Assembly (NCBI GenBank): GCA_943789275.1
Contig: CALSTM010000003.1
Span: 180,001-212,000, forward strand
From: Candidatus Poseidoniaceae archaeon
GTDB lineage: Archaea > Thermoplasmatota > Poseidoniia > Poseidoniales > Poseidoniaceae
Length of the DNA stretch: 32,000 nucleotides
Direction: 5' to 3'
Positions 1 to 8,708 of the stretch are shown here, piece by piece. Numbering within the stretch: the first letter of the stretch is position 1; each line of letters begins with the position of its first letter. The translations under genes and the position numbers were made by a program. A model generated the notes under the pieces. That model had not been told where the DNA came from, did not search any database, and saw nothing but the letters and a program-made list of their open reading frames with translations.

Positions 1-962
1 ACTGCAACGGTATCGGCCATAGCATCTCCGTCGATTATTTTGTACCCATCTTCAGTCGCCTCAACGATTAAACAACGGTCTCCATCTCCATCGAGCGCAG
101 CACCCACAATTGTTCCTGGTGCAGCAGGTTTGAGCTGTTGCAGCAAAAGATGGTCCGACTGGGCTGCTTGTTCAAAGGTCCATGTTGCAGTTGGTGAGAA
201 CTCTCCGGCTCCACAGTGGCGGTTTAACTCTGTAGCGGCGCGGCTGATTTCTTTCGATTCGATTCCGTTTTTCGTGAGCCATTCAGCTAACCACGTACTT
301 CCGGCCCCCTTTGAGCAATCGAGCAGCAACGGTTGACGAATAAAGGGGTAAGTGCCCTCTTCAACTCCAAACATCTTCTTGAGCAAGGTAAATCGAGTTG
401 AAAGCCATTCAGGATGGTGTTTAACGGCCCATTTTTCCGTAGTTTTCTTATTTGGTTGAGAGAGTTCTAACATGTCTATTTGATCGATTTCTCGTTCTTC
501 TTCACTGAGGGCATAAGCGATTGATGATATCTCATCTTCGAGTGCTGGAGAGGTTTTGAAACCGTCTGAATCAAAGACCTTGATTCCAGAATCCGTAGCG
601 GGGTTATGGCTCGCAGTCATCATGCAACCCATACGGGCTTGGTGCCATAAAACAGCATAATGCAATGCTGGAGTTGCACATACGCCGATGTGCGTCACCG
701 TACATCCTGCCAATCGCAATCCCAGCGTGATGCCCTCGACCAGTTCTTTGTTCCCGGGACGTTGGTCCCATCCAATGACCACATGTTCTCCTTCCCCTGG
801 GAGTGTGTCAATGAGATGGCCCAATGCTTCGCCAACAAGTCGCATGAGCGTTGGACATACGCTTCTCTTTTCGTGCAGTGCGGCCAATGCTGCTTTTTCG
901 TTTGGAGCGGCAGGGGTAATTTTCCCGCGAATACCGTCGGTGCCGAACAAACGCTGAACCAT
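1..962 (-). CDS. Phosphohexomutase (phosphoglucosamine mutase / phosphomannomutase family), N-terminal ~320 aa; the 3' end lies beyond the window start
   Basis: Absent from the ORF track because it runs off the window edge. Manual minus-strand translation from the ATG at 962-960 gives MVQRLFGTDGIRGKI. It also gives the phosphoserine loop MMTASHNPATDSGIKVF (about 570-625) and the metal-binding loop ALDGDGDRC (about 75-100). The start lies 5 nt after the stop of the upstream LbH gene. Confidence 0.85.
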   Translation of the reverse strand, partial: MVQRLFGTDGIRGKITPAAPNEKAALAALHEKRSVCPTLMRLVGEALGHLIDTLPGEGEHVVIGWDQRPGNKELVEGITLGLRLAGCTVTHIGVCATPALHYAVLWHQARMGCMMTASHNPATDSGIKVFDSDGFKTSPALEDEISSIAYALSEEEREIDQIDMLELSQPNKKTTEKWAVKHHPEWLSTRFTLLKKMFGVEEGTYPFIRQPLLLDCSKGAGSTWLAEWLTKNGIESKEISRAATELNRHCGAGEFSPTATWTFEQAAQSDHLLLQQLKPAAPGTIVGAALDGDGDRCLIVEATEDGYKIIDGDAMADTVA

Positions 963-966
963 CGTC

Positions 967-1692
967 TCACCTGTGTTGAGAGTCGGCTGGAAAGACTCCA
1001 GTAACCGTGGTATTCGGATGAACTTGTGAATCGCAACCGAGTACAACTCCCGGATTCGTGACGCTGTTGCATCCAAGTTGACATCGTTCACCGAGCACCG
1101 CTCCGAATTTTCTCAATCCGCTTCCAATGCGTTGTCCGTCAATACGAAGATGTACTTCTCCACCATCGTTTCGTAGGTTACTGATTTTTGTCCCTGCTCC
1201 AAGGTTCACTCCTGAGCCAAGTATTGAATCTCCAACATAATTGAAATGCGGAGCTTTAGCACCGGGAAGCAGAACAGAATGTTTGGTCTCTGAAGCATGG
1301 CCAACCACTGCATTGGCGCAAACCCAAGAAAATTGTCGAACGTACGCCGCGTGCCGTATTTCTGCATTTGGTCCAATGTAACACGGGCCAATAAAGTGTG
1401 AACCCGGCTCAATTCGTGCGTTTTGTTCCACGATGACTGGACCAGCGGATTCATCGGTCGTTGCTCCTGAGAGTGTTGGGTCTTGAGGAGAAGAGTCGTA
1501 TGTACTGACAAGTTCAGTTAATTGCGCCTTCAACCCGTTTGGATGGTCGGGCTGCAAGAAGGAGAAGACGGGTTCTGATGTTGGAAGAATTGGGAAGGCG
1601 CCTTCAGGGGGAGAATCATGAAACATCGACGGAAAGAGTTCCAGTGCTGAGGTGAGAGCATCCGGCCATTTCATGGTTGATGCAGACACCAC
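967..1692 (-). CDS. Left-handed beta-helix (hexapeptide-repeat) acyltransferase, GlmU C-terminal-domain-like, with an unrelated ~90-aa N-terminal region
   Basis: 241-aa ORF. The C-terminal 150 aa show hexapeptide periodicity (IGPNAEIRHAAYV, VGDSILGSGVNLGAGTKISNL, GAVLGERCQLGCNSVTNPGVVLG). It sits directly upstream of the phosphohexomutase on the same strand. Confidence 0.7.
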   Translation of the reverse strand: MVSASTMKWPDALTSALELFPSMFHDSPPEGAFPILPTSEPVFSFLQPDHPNGLKAQLTELVSTYDSSPQDPTLSGATTDESAGPVIVEQNARIEPGSHFIGPCYIGPNAEIRHAAYVRQFSWVCANAVVGHASETKHSVLLPGAKAPHFNYVGDSILGSGVNLGAGTKISNLRNDGGEVHLRIDGQRIGSGLRKFGAVLGERCQLGCNSVTNPGVVLGCDSQVHPNTTVTGVFPADSQHR

Positions 1693-1716
1693 TCTTGCAT
1701 GAACTTAGCGTTGATA

Positions 1717-2034
1717 TTAAGCAGCAAGATGGTAAAGTCGCTTGCCAGTGGAATTATCGAGCGTAAATCCAATCATTTCAGAAAGATACCTTGGGATGAA
1801 GAAACCAACCTTACGCGTCGTAAGGCCATGGTTTCTCATCTTCCGCTCGTTTGAAAGATGATCAACGATGTCTGCAGCTGAACACTGCGGTTGCGACGAG
1901 ACATATTCAATAATCTCATTTTTCAATCGGTTTAATCGAGCTTGTTTTTGTACGCCGTTTCCTTTCATGATTCTCATGTATTCTTTGTCTTCCACGATAT
2001 AACAATACGGCGTGGGTGTGCCGTGGGACCCCAT
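1717..2034 (-). CDS. Hypothetical small protein (105 aa), possibly winged-helix-like
   Basis: The ORF track extends this frame to 2175, but that would overlap the upstream gene by 125 nt. An internal ATG at 2034 starts 16 nt after the upstream stop (2051). The alternative 2175 start would add a hydrophobic N-terminal segment, so the start is uncertain. Confidence 0.45.
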   Translation of the reverse strand: MGSHGTPTPYCYIVEDKEYMRIMKGNGVQKQARLNRLKNEIIEYVSSQPQCSAADIVDHLSNERKMRNHGLTTRKVGFFIPRYLSEMIGFTLDNSTGKRLYHLAA

Positions 2035-2050
2035 TCCCAGCAGCTGTTGT

Positions 2051-2860
2051 TCAACAGATATCGAGAATATCTTTCCACTTTTTGGAAGAGCCTCGGCGGA
2101 ACATATTGTCATGAAAATCACGTTGGCTGATATGAGCGCAACGAGCGAAACGCCCCCGATTATCGTAGCACCCATAGTTCGTGTGAATGGCTACCATGAC
2201 GGTTTTCAAATCAATTTGGGCACCCGTTGTTTCAGGTGAAGAGGCACTCACAATTTCCTTGTGGCCGTCCCACTGAATGTCATCTGGGGTTGGAGGGTCG
2301 AGCGGTTCAGTTTCGAAATACAGTTCACCTTCTGCCGGCCGAACAGGTTTCCATGTCCCTTTTCGGCCTTGGTCAAGCCAAGCCACCATGTGCTTCATTT
2401 GTTCAACTGTAGCCATACCGATGTGGGTTTTTTCCCACCATCCTTCGGTTCGTGCAAGCGTGATGTGGTGAACACCCGGTACGACTTCCCTGTTGTCGAG
2501 GGCATCAGCATAAGTGCGGCAGAGGCCGGTCATTCGAACGGTGAAGATTGGCATTGGACCGACACCGATGTCTTGTAAGCGATATGGATTGGCAAGTTCA
2601 CCAAGCAGTAAAAACGGTCGCCGTTGAGACATTGGTGCCCCTTCCTGGTTTGAGAGGAGATCATCGACCGTTCCTTTTTCGGATGTGAACGCAGAACAAT
2701 ATTCCTGTAGAGTTTGTCCAGAAAGCATGCCTTGAGGCGCCTCATCCGGGAACATCAGAGGAAGCAATTCACTGGAATTGAAGAAGAGCGCCTCCTTTGG
2801 TAAAGCAACAGGGGAATTGGACGGCGTGTAGGTCCAGAGCCGCGGCGAAGTGTTCTCCAT
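2051..2860 (-). CDS. Hypothetical protein (269 aa), no family recognised
   Basis: Long ORF, tightly spaced with flanking same-strand genes (25-nt and 16-nt gaps). The composition is non-repetitive and globular-looking, with His/Cys-containing segments (VPGVHHITL, HTNYGCYDNRGRFARCAHI). Confidence 0.5.
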   Translation of the reverse strand: MENTSPRLWTYTPSNSPVALPKEALFFNSSELLPLMFPDEAPQGMLSGQTLQEYCSAFTSEKGTVDDLLSNQEGAPMSQRRPFLLLGELANPYRLQDIGVGPMPIFTVRMTGLCRTYADALDNREVVPGVHHITLARTEGWWEKTHIGMATVEQMKHMVAWLDQGRKGTWKPVRPAEGELYFETEPLDPPTPDDIQWDGHKEIVSASSPETTGAQIDLKTVMVAIHTNYGCYDNRGRFARCAHISQRDFHDNMFRRGSSKKWKDILDIC

Positions 2861-2885
2861 GTCCAGGCCTCCATGCTCTTCTTCA

Positions 2886-3356
2886 TCAATTCAGCGATGA
2901 AGCACCGAAGACGGTTTCTTGGAGACATTGCGGGCAGATGACTTTGATTGGGCGAACATCGGGTATTCCGAGTGCAGCGCCACATCCGGGGCAAGCGATG
3001 GCTTGAGCAATAGAAGCGCGTCTTTGTGCTGCTTCTTGCGACGGGTCGTATTCAAACCGAAGTTTCGATTTATCCAAGACAGCAACCGGTGGAGGAAGTG
3101 GCGCTGCTTCTTTGACTCCGGGTACAAACGGTGCCGTAGGGTTATACGGTTGATTTTGGGCGGGCTGAGGCGCATTTCCGACACCGTTCGGTTGTATGGC
3201 TGCTAACAATTCCGCTTCACTGATTCCGTATTGCCCCATGATTCGGTCCATTTCCAACATTTGTTCGTAGCCTGAGAGGGCGCGTAATGCGGAAAGAACT
3301 TGTTCTGGGACGCCTGCCATGTTCACCACATGAACACCTGCGTTTTGATTGTTCAC
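2886..3356 (-). CDS. Hypothetical protein with a C-terminal zinc ribbon
   Basis: 156-aa ORF. It has a short N-terminal helical region, a Pro/Gln-rich linker and a C-terminal CPGC-x16-CPQC four-cysteine motif. The start could instead be the ATG at 3320. Confidence 0.55.
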   Translation of the reverse strand: MNNQNAGVHVVNMAGVPEQVLSALRALSGYEQMLEMDRIMGQYGISEAELLAAIQPNGVGNAPQPAQNQPYNPTAPFVPGVKEAAPLPPPVAVLDKSKLRFEYDPSQEAAQRRASIAQAIACPGCGAALGIPDVRPIKVICPQCLQETVFGASSLN

Positions 3357-3383
3357 TTATATTGAGTCGACGGGTTTCGCCGG

Positions 3384-3962
3384 ATGCCGGAAAGTAAAGA
3401 CTTGGATGTGGAAACCAACATGTGGTCGAAAGCCTTGAAAGAGAAGCGCGTGCGCCGGCGCAATAAGGGAGTCGTTAAGATGCCACAATCCAAGCCGCGA
3501 AAGTTTACCCGTGCCACCCTATCTCGAATGACTCCGAGTGAGCGTTCAGCTACAGCCCGTTCGATTACGTGCGGCGAAACAATGACCCAACCGCATTGGA
3601 TTTGGGACGACAGTTCGATGGTTGAAGTCATTGACAGCCTCACTGAAAACAATTGGGACCATATCTTTGTCATCAATTCAGAAGGTGCGCCTCAAGGGCG
3701 AATTCATGCGGTCGATGTTTTGAAAATCATTGCTCGGAAAACAGTCAACAGAGACATTGCTTGGATGCATGGGATTCCCGCACAGCAGTTGGTCAACCAA
3801 CCGCCTATTACCGTCAATGAAGCAACACCGCTCCTCAAGGCGGGGGCGCTCATGCTTGCCCATGACTTGAATCAAATTGGTGTGGTCGATGCGAAGGGCG
3901 CACTCATTGGTGTTGTAGGCCACATTACAATGGCCCGTAAAATGCCGAAATTCATTCTGTGA
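3384..3962 (+). CDS. CBS-pair domain protein
   Basis: The C-terminal ~130 aa contain two CBS-like units (MVEVIDSLTENNWDHIFVINSEGAPQGRIHAVDVLKII and TPLLKAGALMLAHDLNQIGVVDAKGALIGVVGHITM). The basic N-terminal extension makes the start uncertain; the ATG at 3477 is an alternative. Confidence 0.75.
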   Translation: MPESKDLDVETNMWSKALKEKRVRRRNKGVVKMPQSKPRKFTRATLSRMTPSERSATARSITCGETMTQPHWIWDDSSMVEVIDSLTENNWDHIFVINSEGAPQGRIHAVDVLKIIARKTVNRDIAWMHGIPAQQLVNQPPITVNEATPLLKAGALMLAHDLNQIGVVDAKGALIGVVGHITMARKMPKFIL

Positions 3963-3963
3963 A

Positions 3964-5088
3964 TCAAATTCCCCAATAGCGCTCAGTTTGCGCTTGACGG
4001 GTTCTTAAGGACCGAACAATGGTCATTGCCATCCACAGCACGACAATCCAAATCATTGGGTATTGTAAATCGTCAATGATGACCGGGACGCTGAATTCGT
4101 AGGATTCTCCAAGCAAAACCCGGATGGCGATGTCCAGCGCCGTATCGACAAACGAGTAGACGACCATACCAAAGATACCGAGTACCAAAAGCCGACCAGA
4201 AAAAGAACCGCGCTTCAACCGCAACAACATAAACCCAGCCGTGGAAGTCAAGAAAGCGATAACAATCCATGCAAGCGCAGAATGCACAACCTCGAGCCAA
4301 ACGACGGACGAACTTGCTGAGAGGACTTGAGCGCTGTATTCTCGATATCCTTCTGCTACAGCGAAAATAGCACTGAACAATGTTGCCGTCCACAGGAGTG
4401 AAGAGAACATGGCAGCATCGGCGTTATCACGCATCTCTTGAATCACTTTGTTGACGGTGGTTTCAATTCCAGCACCCTTACTCAACAAGTACAAGCCCGT
4501 TACAAGCGGCAATCCCCCAATGACGATGCCTCCGATTTCGTTAGGTAGCATAATTCCAAGTCCAAATAAAGCCATGACAAGCCCAACTGGAATCATAATT
4601 TTTGCACGCCACTTTGGATCTTCTAATGCTTTTACAATGTAGTAATACGTTCCTTCAATACCCTTTGATTGTTTGACAATGATTTTCTCGACATGGTCGA
4701 TACGAACTTGAGACTGAATGATTGGAAGCACCGATTCGTCCTCGGCTCCGTCCGTCACCAGAATGGCTTTGTCGGGTTGGAATGCTGCAACGACTTCTTC
4801 CAGTTGGGCAGCAACTGCTCGGTCGGAGCGAATTCCGACTTTTTCGTCACCCGTGAGGATAGCAATTTCGACTTCTTCCTCTTCTGCATTGTTCTCTGCA
4901 AGGTTGTCGTGCTGCGACAAGGCTCCAAGAATTGCGTTTGTATCGCTTTCCTCTGGGTCTGCGATTCCAAGTTTTAGAGCCGCAGCCATCACTTGGCGGC
5001 GGCCAACAACCGGTCCGCGAATTCCGGTTTTAACGCCGAGGTCATTATCTCGGTCGACGGTTAAAACAAGTGTTCGAGTCATTGGCAT
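3964..5088 (-). CDS. DUF373-family archaeal integral membrane protein
   Basis: 374 aa. The soluble N-terminal domain (LVLTVDRDNDLG, ILVTDGAEDE, GTYYYIVKALEDPKW) followed by about 6 TM segments matches my recollection of DUF373. Confidence 0.7.
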   Translation of the reverse strand: MPMTRTLVLTVDRDNDLGVKTGIRGPVVGRRQVMAAALKLGIADPEESDTNAILGALSQHDNLAENNAEEEEVEIAILTGDEKVGIRSDRAVAAQLEEVVAAFQPDKAILVTDGAEDESVLPIIQSQVRIDHVEKIIVKQSKGIEGTYYYIVKALEDPKWRAKIMIPVGLVMALFGLGIMLPNEIGGIVIGGLPLVTGLYLLSKGAGIETTVNKVIQEMRDNADAAMFSSLLWTATLFSAIFAVAEGYREYSAQVLSASSSVVWLEVVHSALAWIVIAFLTSTAGFMLLRLKRGSFSGRLLVLGIFGMVVYSFVDTALDIAIRVLLGESYEFSVPVIIDDLQYPMIWIVVLWMAMTIVRSLRTRQAQTERYWGI

Positions 5089-5149
5089 TCACCGGTGTAT
5101 GGTGGATGCTAACCACTCACCTGTTTCAAAGTCTTCGCGCGAATGCCCG

Positions 5150-6406
5150 TTAATCCGATGAATCTTCGGCATTTTCTTTCGGCTCATTTTGACTCGATAC
5201 AAGTGCGATGGCTTGAGCCTCTGCTTGCTTGTTTTTGGCTTTCCACCGTTGGGTTGCTCGAATATATTTCAGCGGATGGTCAAGCCAAGGCTGGTCGCAT
5301 AATCGGTCGTCTCCTGGGAGTACTGGGCAATTGTGGTTCACCTTCAATTTCCCACAACCTGAAGGCGTGTATGCGTGTTGATAGACGTGGTCAACTTGGT
5401 ACGATGTGGTACTTTCACTAAAATCAGGAGCACCTCTAAAAAATGCTACACACGATTCTTTGGGAAGCGCGAGCGTCGCAGCCATCGATGCTAAGAAGAG
5501 TCGCCCGAAGTGGTTCAAGTTGACTCCGTTTGCCAACTCGGCAACAGCCTTTCTCATGCATGGAGGCCAATCGTTTTCATCAGCGCCTACCAAAGCAATG
5601 GCCTCAGTTGCCTTGTTGGCCATCAAATTGCGAACCATGCCAACCGGTTCTGCCAATCGCACTGCCAAATCCATGGTGATTTCGCCCATTTTTTCCAGCG
5701 CTTCCTGCTCTACGCCGTTCTTAATTCGCTCACGCAACAACCGAGATAGTTTCGCCGACGAGCCGTATTGCGGTTCTTCGAAGAGAGTCACCCAACCATC
5801 ACGAACGTCGCAGTTCGGAAGCCGCCAGCGTGAACCGGTAATTTTGGGACAGATTTCGATAAAATCACTCAATCCAATCTTCCACAGCGGCCCGGATGAA
5901 GAACGGCGCTGTTGTTGAAGGGCTCCGCCATAATTTTGAGTTGGATCAGCGCTTGCCGCTAAGTTTTGGCCTTCAGCACGCTGAATATTGGCAATATAGG
6001 TCCGTGCGATAACATCGAGGTTTTTGTGATCTCTGATGAGAACTTGTTCCGCCCGTGCAGCCTCAGCCTGCGCCCATCGGGCGATCAAACGCTCGTCTTC
6101 AGAAGCACAAACGACCAAGCGGGCGTAGTAGAATGAAAAGGCCTCGATAATCCGTCCTTCTTCGGTAAATAAATCCCCACCTACGACTTCAACACCTTCC
6201 TTTGATTGAATGGAATCGATGAGGCGAATACGAGCGCGGGACCGAGCTTTTTCCATCCAAGCACCGTCCAACAATTCATCCAAATCGATGCCGTGTTGAA
6301 CGGCCATACCTCGAATCCAATCGCCTGCTTGAGGCAGAAATGGGTATCGAGCAAACGTCACCTCGTCCACAAGCGCAGGGAGCGTTCTTGGGACGGGCAT
6401 GACCAT
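5150..6406 (-). CDS. priL: DNA primase large (regulatory) subunit PriL
   Basis: 418 aa. The N-terminal part reads ARYPFL. The C-terminal Fe-S domain carries WPPCMRKAV, NHFGRLFLASM, GCGKLKVNHNCPV and DRLCDQ. Confidence 0.85.
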   Translation of the reverse strand: MVMPVPRTLPALVDEVTFARYPFLPQAGDWIRGMAVQHGIDLDELLDGAWMEKARSRARIRLIDSIQSKEGVEVVGGDLFTEEGRIIEAFSFYYARLVVCASEDERLIARWAQAEAARAEQVLIRDHKNLDVIARTYIANIQRAEGQNLAASADPTQNYGGALQQQRRSSSGPLWKIGLSDFIEICPKITGSRWRLPNCDVRDGWVTLFEEPQYGSSAKLSRLLRERIKNGVEQEALEKMGEITMDLAVRLAEPVGMVRNLMANKATEAIALVGADENDWPPCMRKAVAELANGVNLNHFGRLFLASMAATLALPKESCVAFFRGAPDFSESTTSYQVDHVYQHAYTPSGCGKLKVNHNCPVLPGDDRLCDQPWLDHPLKYIRATQRWKAKNKQAEAQAIALVSSQNEPKENAEDSSD

Positions 6407-6449
6407 CCCAAGCGCTTCAACTGCATAAGAACTTCAACAAACTGAACGG

Positions 6450-7199
6450 ATGTTTCATGTGGGCGAAGCCATTGCACAGAACATGCACATGGCGCCCATA
6501 CCGAGTGTATTTTCAGTTCAGTCTGAAGTACGGGAAGCATTTGGTTGGTCGGAGCATGACGATACCGACAGTGCCGAATTGTTGTTACGAACCTTGGAGG
6601 GACATGCTCTTTGGTCTCCTGAAAAAAGGGAAGCAACGCTGGAACACCTTCAGCAAAGACTTGTCAATGCTGAGCGGGTCGTGCTTTTGGGCGCAGCCGT
6701 TGAGCCTTCGGAATTGCATAGATTCAATGACACTCGGGCTGTTTTTGTCGCTGCAGATGGAGCAGTAGGGGCGCTTCAATCCTACGAGCACCTCGCTTGT
6801 GTTGTATCTGATTTTGATGGTGCAGAACATCTCGATAAGGCGGCAGAAGCAGGTCAAACCATCATCGCGCATGCCCACGGTGACAACTCTTCTCAATGGA
6901 AACGAATACTTACGAAATGGCAGGAACATTCACAACCTCCTTCACTTGTTCTTTCCCACCAAGTCACCAAAGAACTCTCTGGGATGTACAATTTCGGAGG
7001 ATTCACTGATGGAGACCGTGCGTTGTGCTTTGTGTTGTCGATGGGAGTTGCGCCTGAAAAGGTCGAATTGGTAGGCTTCTCAACAATGAAAATAGGCGCC
7101 TGGTCGGCGACAACGACCCCTTCACTCAAGATGCAGAAACTTGAATGGATGAAACGTATTGTGTCCGAATTAGGATTTGGAGATTCAATACGCAGTTGA
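6450..7199 (+). CDS. MptE-like (DUF115) protein, putative 6-hydroxymethylpterin diphosphokinase
   Basis: 249 aa with VVSDFDG and IIAHAHGDN motifs, recalled as typical of archaeal MptE/DUF115. It is divergent from priL. Confidence 0.5.
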   Translation: MFHVGEAIAQNMHMAPIPSVFSVQSEVREAFGWSEHDDTDSAELLLRTLEGHALWSPEKREATLEHLQQRLVNAERVVLLGAAVEPSELHRFNDTRAVFVAADGAVGALQSYEHLACVVSDFDGAEHLDKAAEAGQTIIAHAHGDNSSQWKRILTKWQEHSQPPSLVLSHQVTKELSGMYNFGGFTDGDRALCFVLSMGVAPEKVELVGFSTMKIGAWSATTTPSLKMQKLEWMKRIVSELGFGDSIRS

Positions 7200-7222
7200 A
7201 AACATACTGCTAAAACCTATCA

Positions 7223-7861
7223 GTGGGAAGTGCAGACATGGACAGGGGGCGTCTAAACATGATTTTGTGGCCCGTTGCCCTGCTTCTTGTGAATTCTCTT
7301 TGGAGCGGTATTTCAGACAATGCCGCACCGTATGAAATCAACGACTATGACCACGCCATCGAAGAGAGAACCGTTTCTCTTGGCGGAGTGTTCGGGCAGG
7401 AGAGGTCTATGCCATCTACGTTCGAGTTCGAATTCGAAGCACTCACTTCAGACGGAGGCTCCATTGGATGGGAAATCATCGATAAGCAAGGACAAATTGT
7501 TGCGCAGTGGTCTGGGGAACTCGGTGATGAGACGCCGAATTGGAACGGCGAGCTCATGCCGGGAACCTACGTAGTAAAGACGAATACCGACCCAGGCATC
7601 ATCACCGAACAGACGCTTTACATTCAACCGTTTGCATCCTATTCTATCGAAGGACACGTACTCCTCTCTTCGATGCTGATCTTGTTTGCTTTCGGAGAAA
7701 CCATCGTTCGAAAGAAAGGTGGAGAGTACTTTGCCAAGAAAAAAGAGAATGCCCCCAAATCGCCCGTTCAAGCCCCTTTCTCCAAAACAAGAGCTGGAAT
7801 GCCTGAAGATGATTTGGCCTTGCTCGAAGATTCACCATGGCGCGCCCCCAAAGGCCTCTAA
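7223..7861 (+). CDS. Hypothetical membrane-anchored protein (signal/TM, ~130-aa beta-rich ectodomain, TM, short basic tail)
   Basis: 212-aa ORF with a GTG start and an N-terminal hydrophobic segment ILWPVALLLVNSLW. A second TM reads VLLSSMLILFAFGETIV and is followed by RKKGGEYFAKKKE. Confidence 0.5.
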   Translation: MGSADMDRGRLNMILWPVALLLVNSLWSGISDNAAPYEINDYDHAIEERTVSLGGVFGQERSMPSTFEFEFEALTSDGGSIGWEIIDKQGQIVAQWSGELGDETPNWNGELMPGTYVVKTNTDPGIITEQTLYIQPFASYSIEGHVLLSSMLILFAFGETIVRKKGGEYFAKKKENAPKSPVQAPFSKTRAGMPEDDLALLEDSPWRAPKGL

Positions 7862-7943
7862 AAGAGGCAATGCGTCAAGAATTACACGCCCGATTTACGC
7901 CCTTCTCCCCGATACAAATGCCGAATTCTCTGAAAACAGAAGT

Positions 7944-7950
7944 ATAAATG
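7944..7950 (+). promoter_or_regulatory. Candidate archaeal TATA box (TATAAAT) for the SDR gene, with geometry consistent with a leaderless mRNA
   Basis: TATAAAT is centred about 26 nt upstream of the ATG at 7973 and preceded by a purine-rich stretch (aaaacagaag) that could serve as a BRE. Confidence 0.35.
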
Positions 7951-7972
7951 CGCTCTTCATAAATTGGAACAC

Positions 7973-8704
7973 ATGGGCCAGTCCTTCCTCATCATCGGTG
8001 CAAGCAGCGATATCGCTCTCGAACTTGGTCAGTCTCTCTTGGATAAAGGCCATACACTAACCCTCCTCGCACGGGATGTAGACCGAGTACAACCTCTCGT
8101 GGATCAAGGTGCTCATCTGATTCATGGTGATGCATTGGACGCTGAATCAGTCCAGTCAGCAGTCGATAAGGCCAAAGAAGCCGGAGAAGGCGCAATTGCA
8201 GGGGTTGCACATCTTGTTGGGTCGCTGGTTATACGTCCCCCTCACGCACTCGCCCTTGATGCATTCAATGAGGTCGTTCACACTAACCTTTCAAGCGCCT
8301 TTCTAACACTCTCAGTCGCTTGTAAGACCATGCTTCGCAGCGGCGGTGGCCGGCTTGTTTTTACTTCCAGTGTGGCGGCAACTCTCGGGTTAATGAATCA
8401 CGAGGCGATAGCCGCTGCGAAGGGTGGAGTCGAAGCGATGGTACGTTCTGCAGCCGCAACATACAGCCAACGCAGCATACGTTTGAACGTGGTCGCACCA
8501 GGTCTTACGGAGACAAGGTTGGCAGCAACTTTGCTTCGTTCAGACGCAATGAAGGAAGCGGCGGTAAGCAAAATCCCCCTCAAGAGAATCAATCAAAAAC
8601 AAGAGATAGCAGCAACCATGCAATGGTTGCTGTGCGATGCGCCGGACAACATCACCGGCCAAGTGTTCCATCTTGACGGTGGAATGAGTCAAATCAGTGG
8701 GTGA
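7973..8704 (+). CDS. Short-chain dehydrogenase/reductase (SDR)
   Basis: Contains the Rossmann motif LIIGASSDIALELG, an NxxS-like region (VHTNLSSAF) and VVAPGLTET. The ORF track starts at TTG 7964; I prefer the ATG at 7973. Confidence 0.85.
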   Translation: MGQSFLIIGASSDIALELGQSLLDKGHTLTLLARDVDRVQPLVDQGAHLIHGDALDAESVQSAVDKAKEAGEGAIAGVAHLVGSLVIRPPHALALDAFNEVVHTNLSSAFLTLSVACKTMLRSGGGRLVFTSSVAATLGLMNHEAIAAAKGGVEAMVRSAAATYSQRSIRLNVVAPGLTETRLAATLLRSDAMKEAAVSKIPLKRINQKQEIAATMQWLLCDAPDNITGQVFHLDGGMSQISG

Positions 8705-8708
8705 TACA

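Noticed and set aside
660-1084. ORFs 660-1004 (+), 688-957 (+) and 695-1084 (-)
   Set aside because: They overlap, out of frame or antisense, the phosphohexomutase CDS. That CDS has unmistakable FGTDGIRG and TASHNP motifs in a different minus-strand frame.
1717-2175. Full 152-aa version of the small ORF, with a hydrophobic N terminus
   Set aside because: It would overlap the 3' end of the 2051-2860 gene by 125 nt. An in-frame ATG at 2034 lies just downstream of that gene's stop. This is kept as an open alternative and is not excluded.
4718-5918. Plus-strand ORFs 4718-5161 (147 aa) and 5406-5918 (170 aa)
   Set aside because: They are antisense to the DUF373 and PriL genes. Their Ser/Ala/Arg-rich low-information composition is typical of shadow ORFs.
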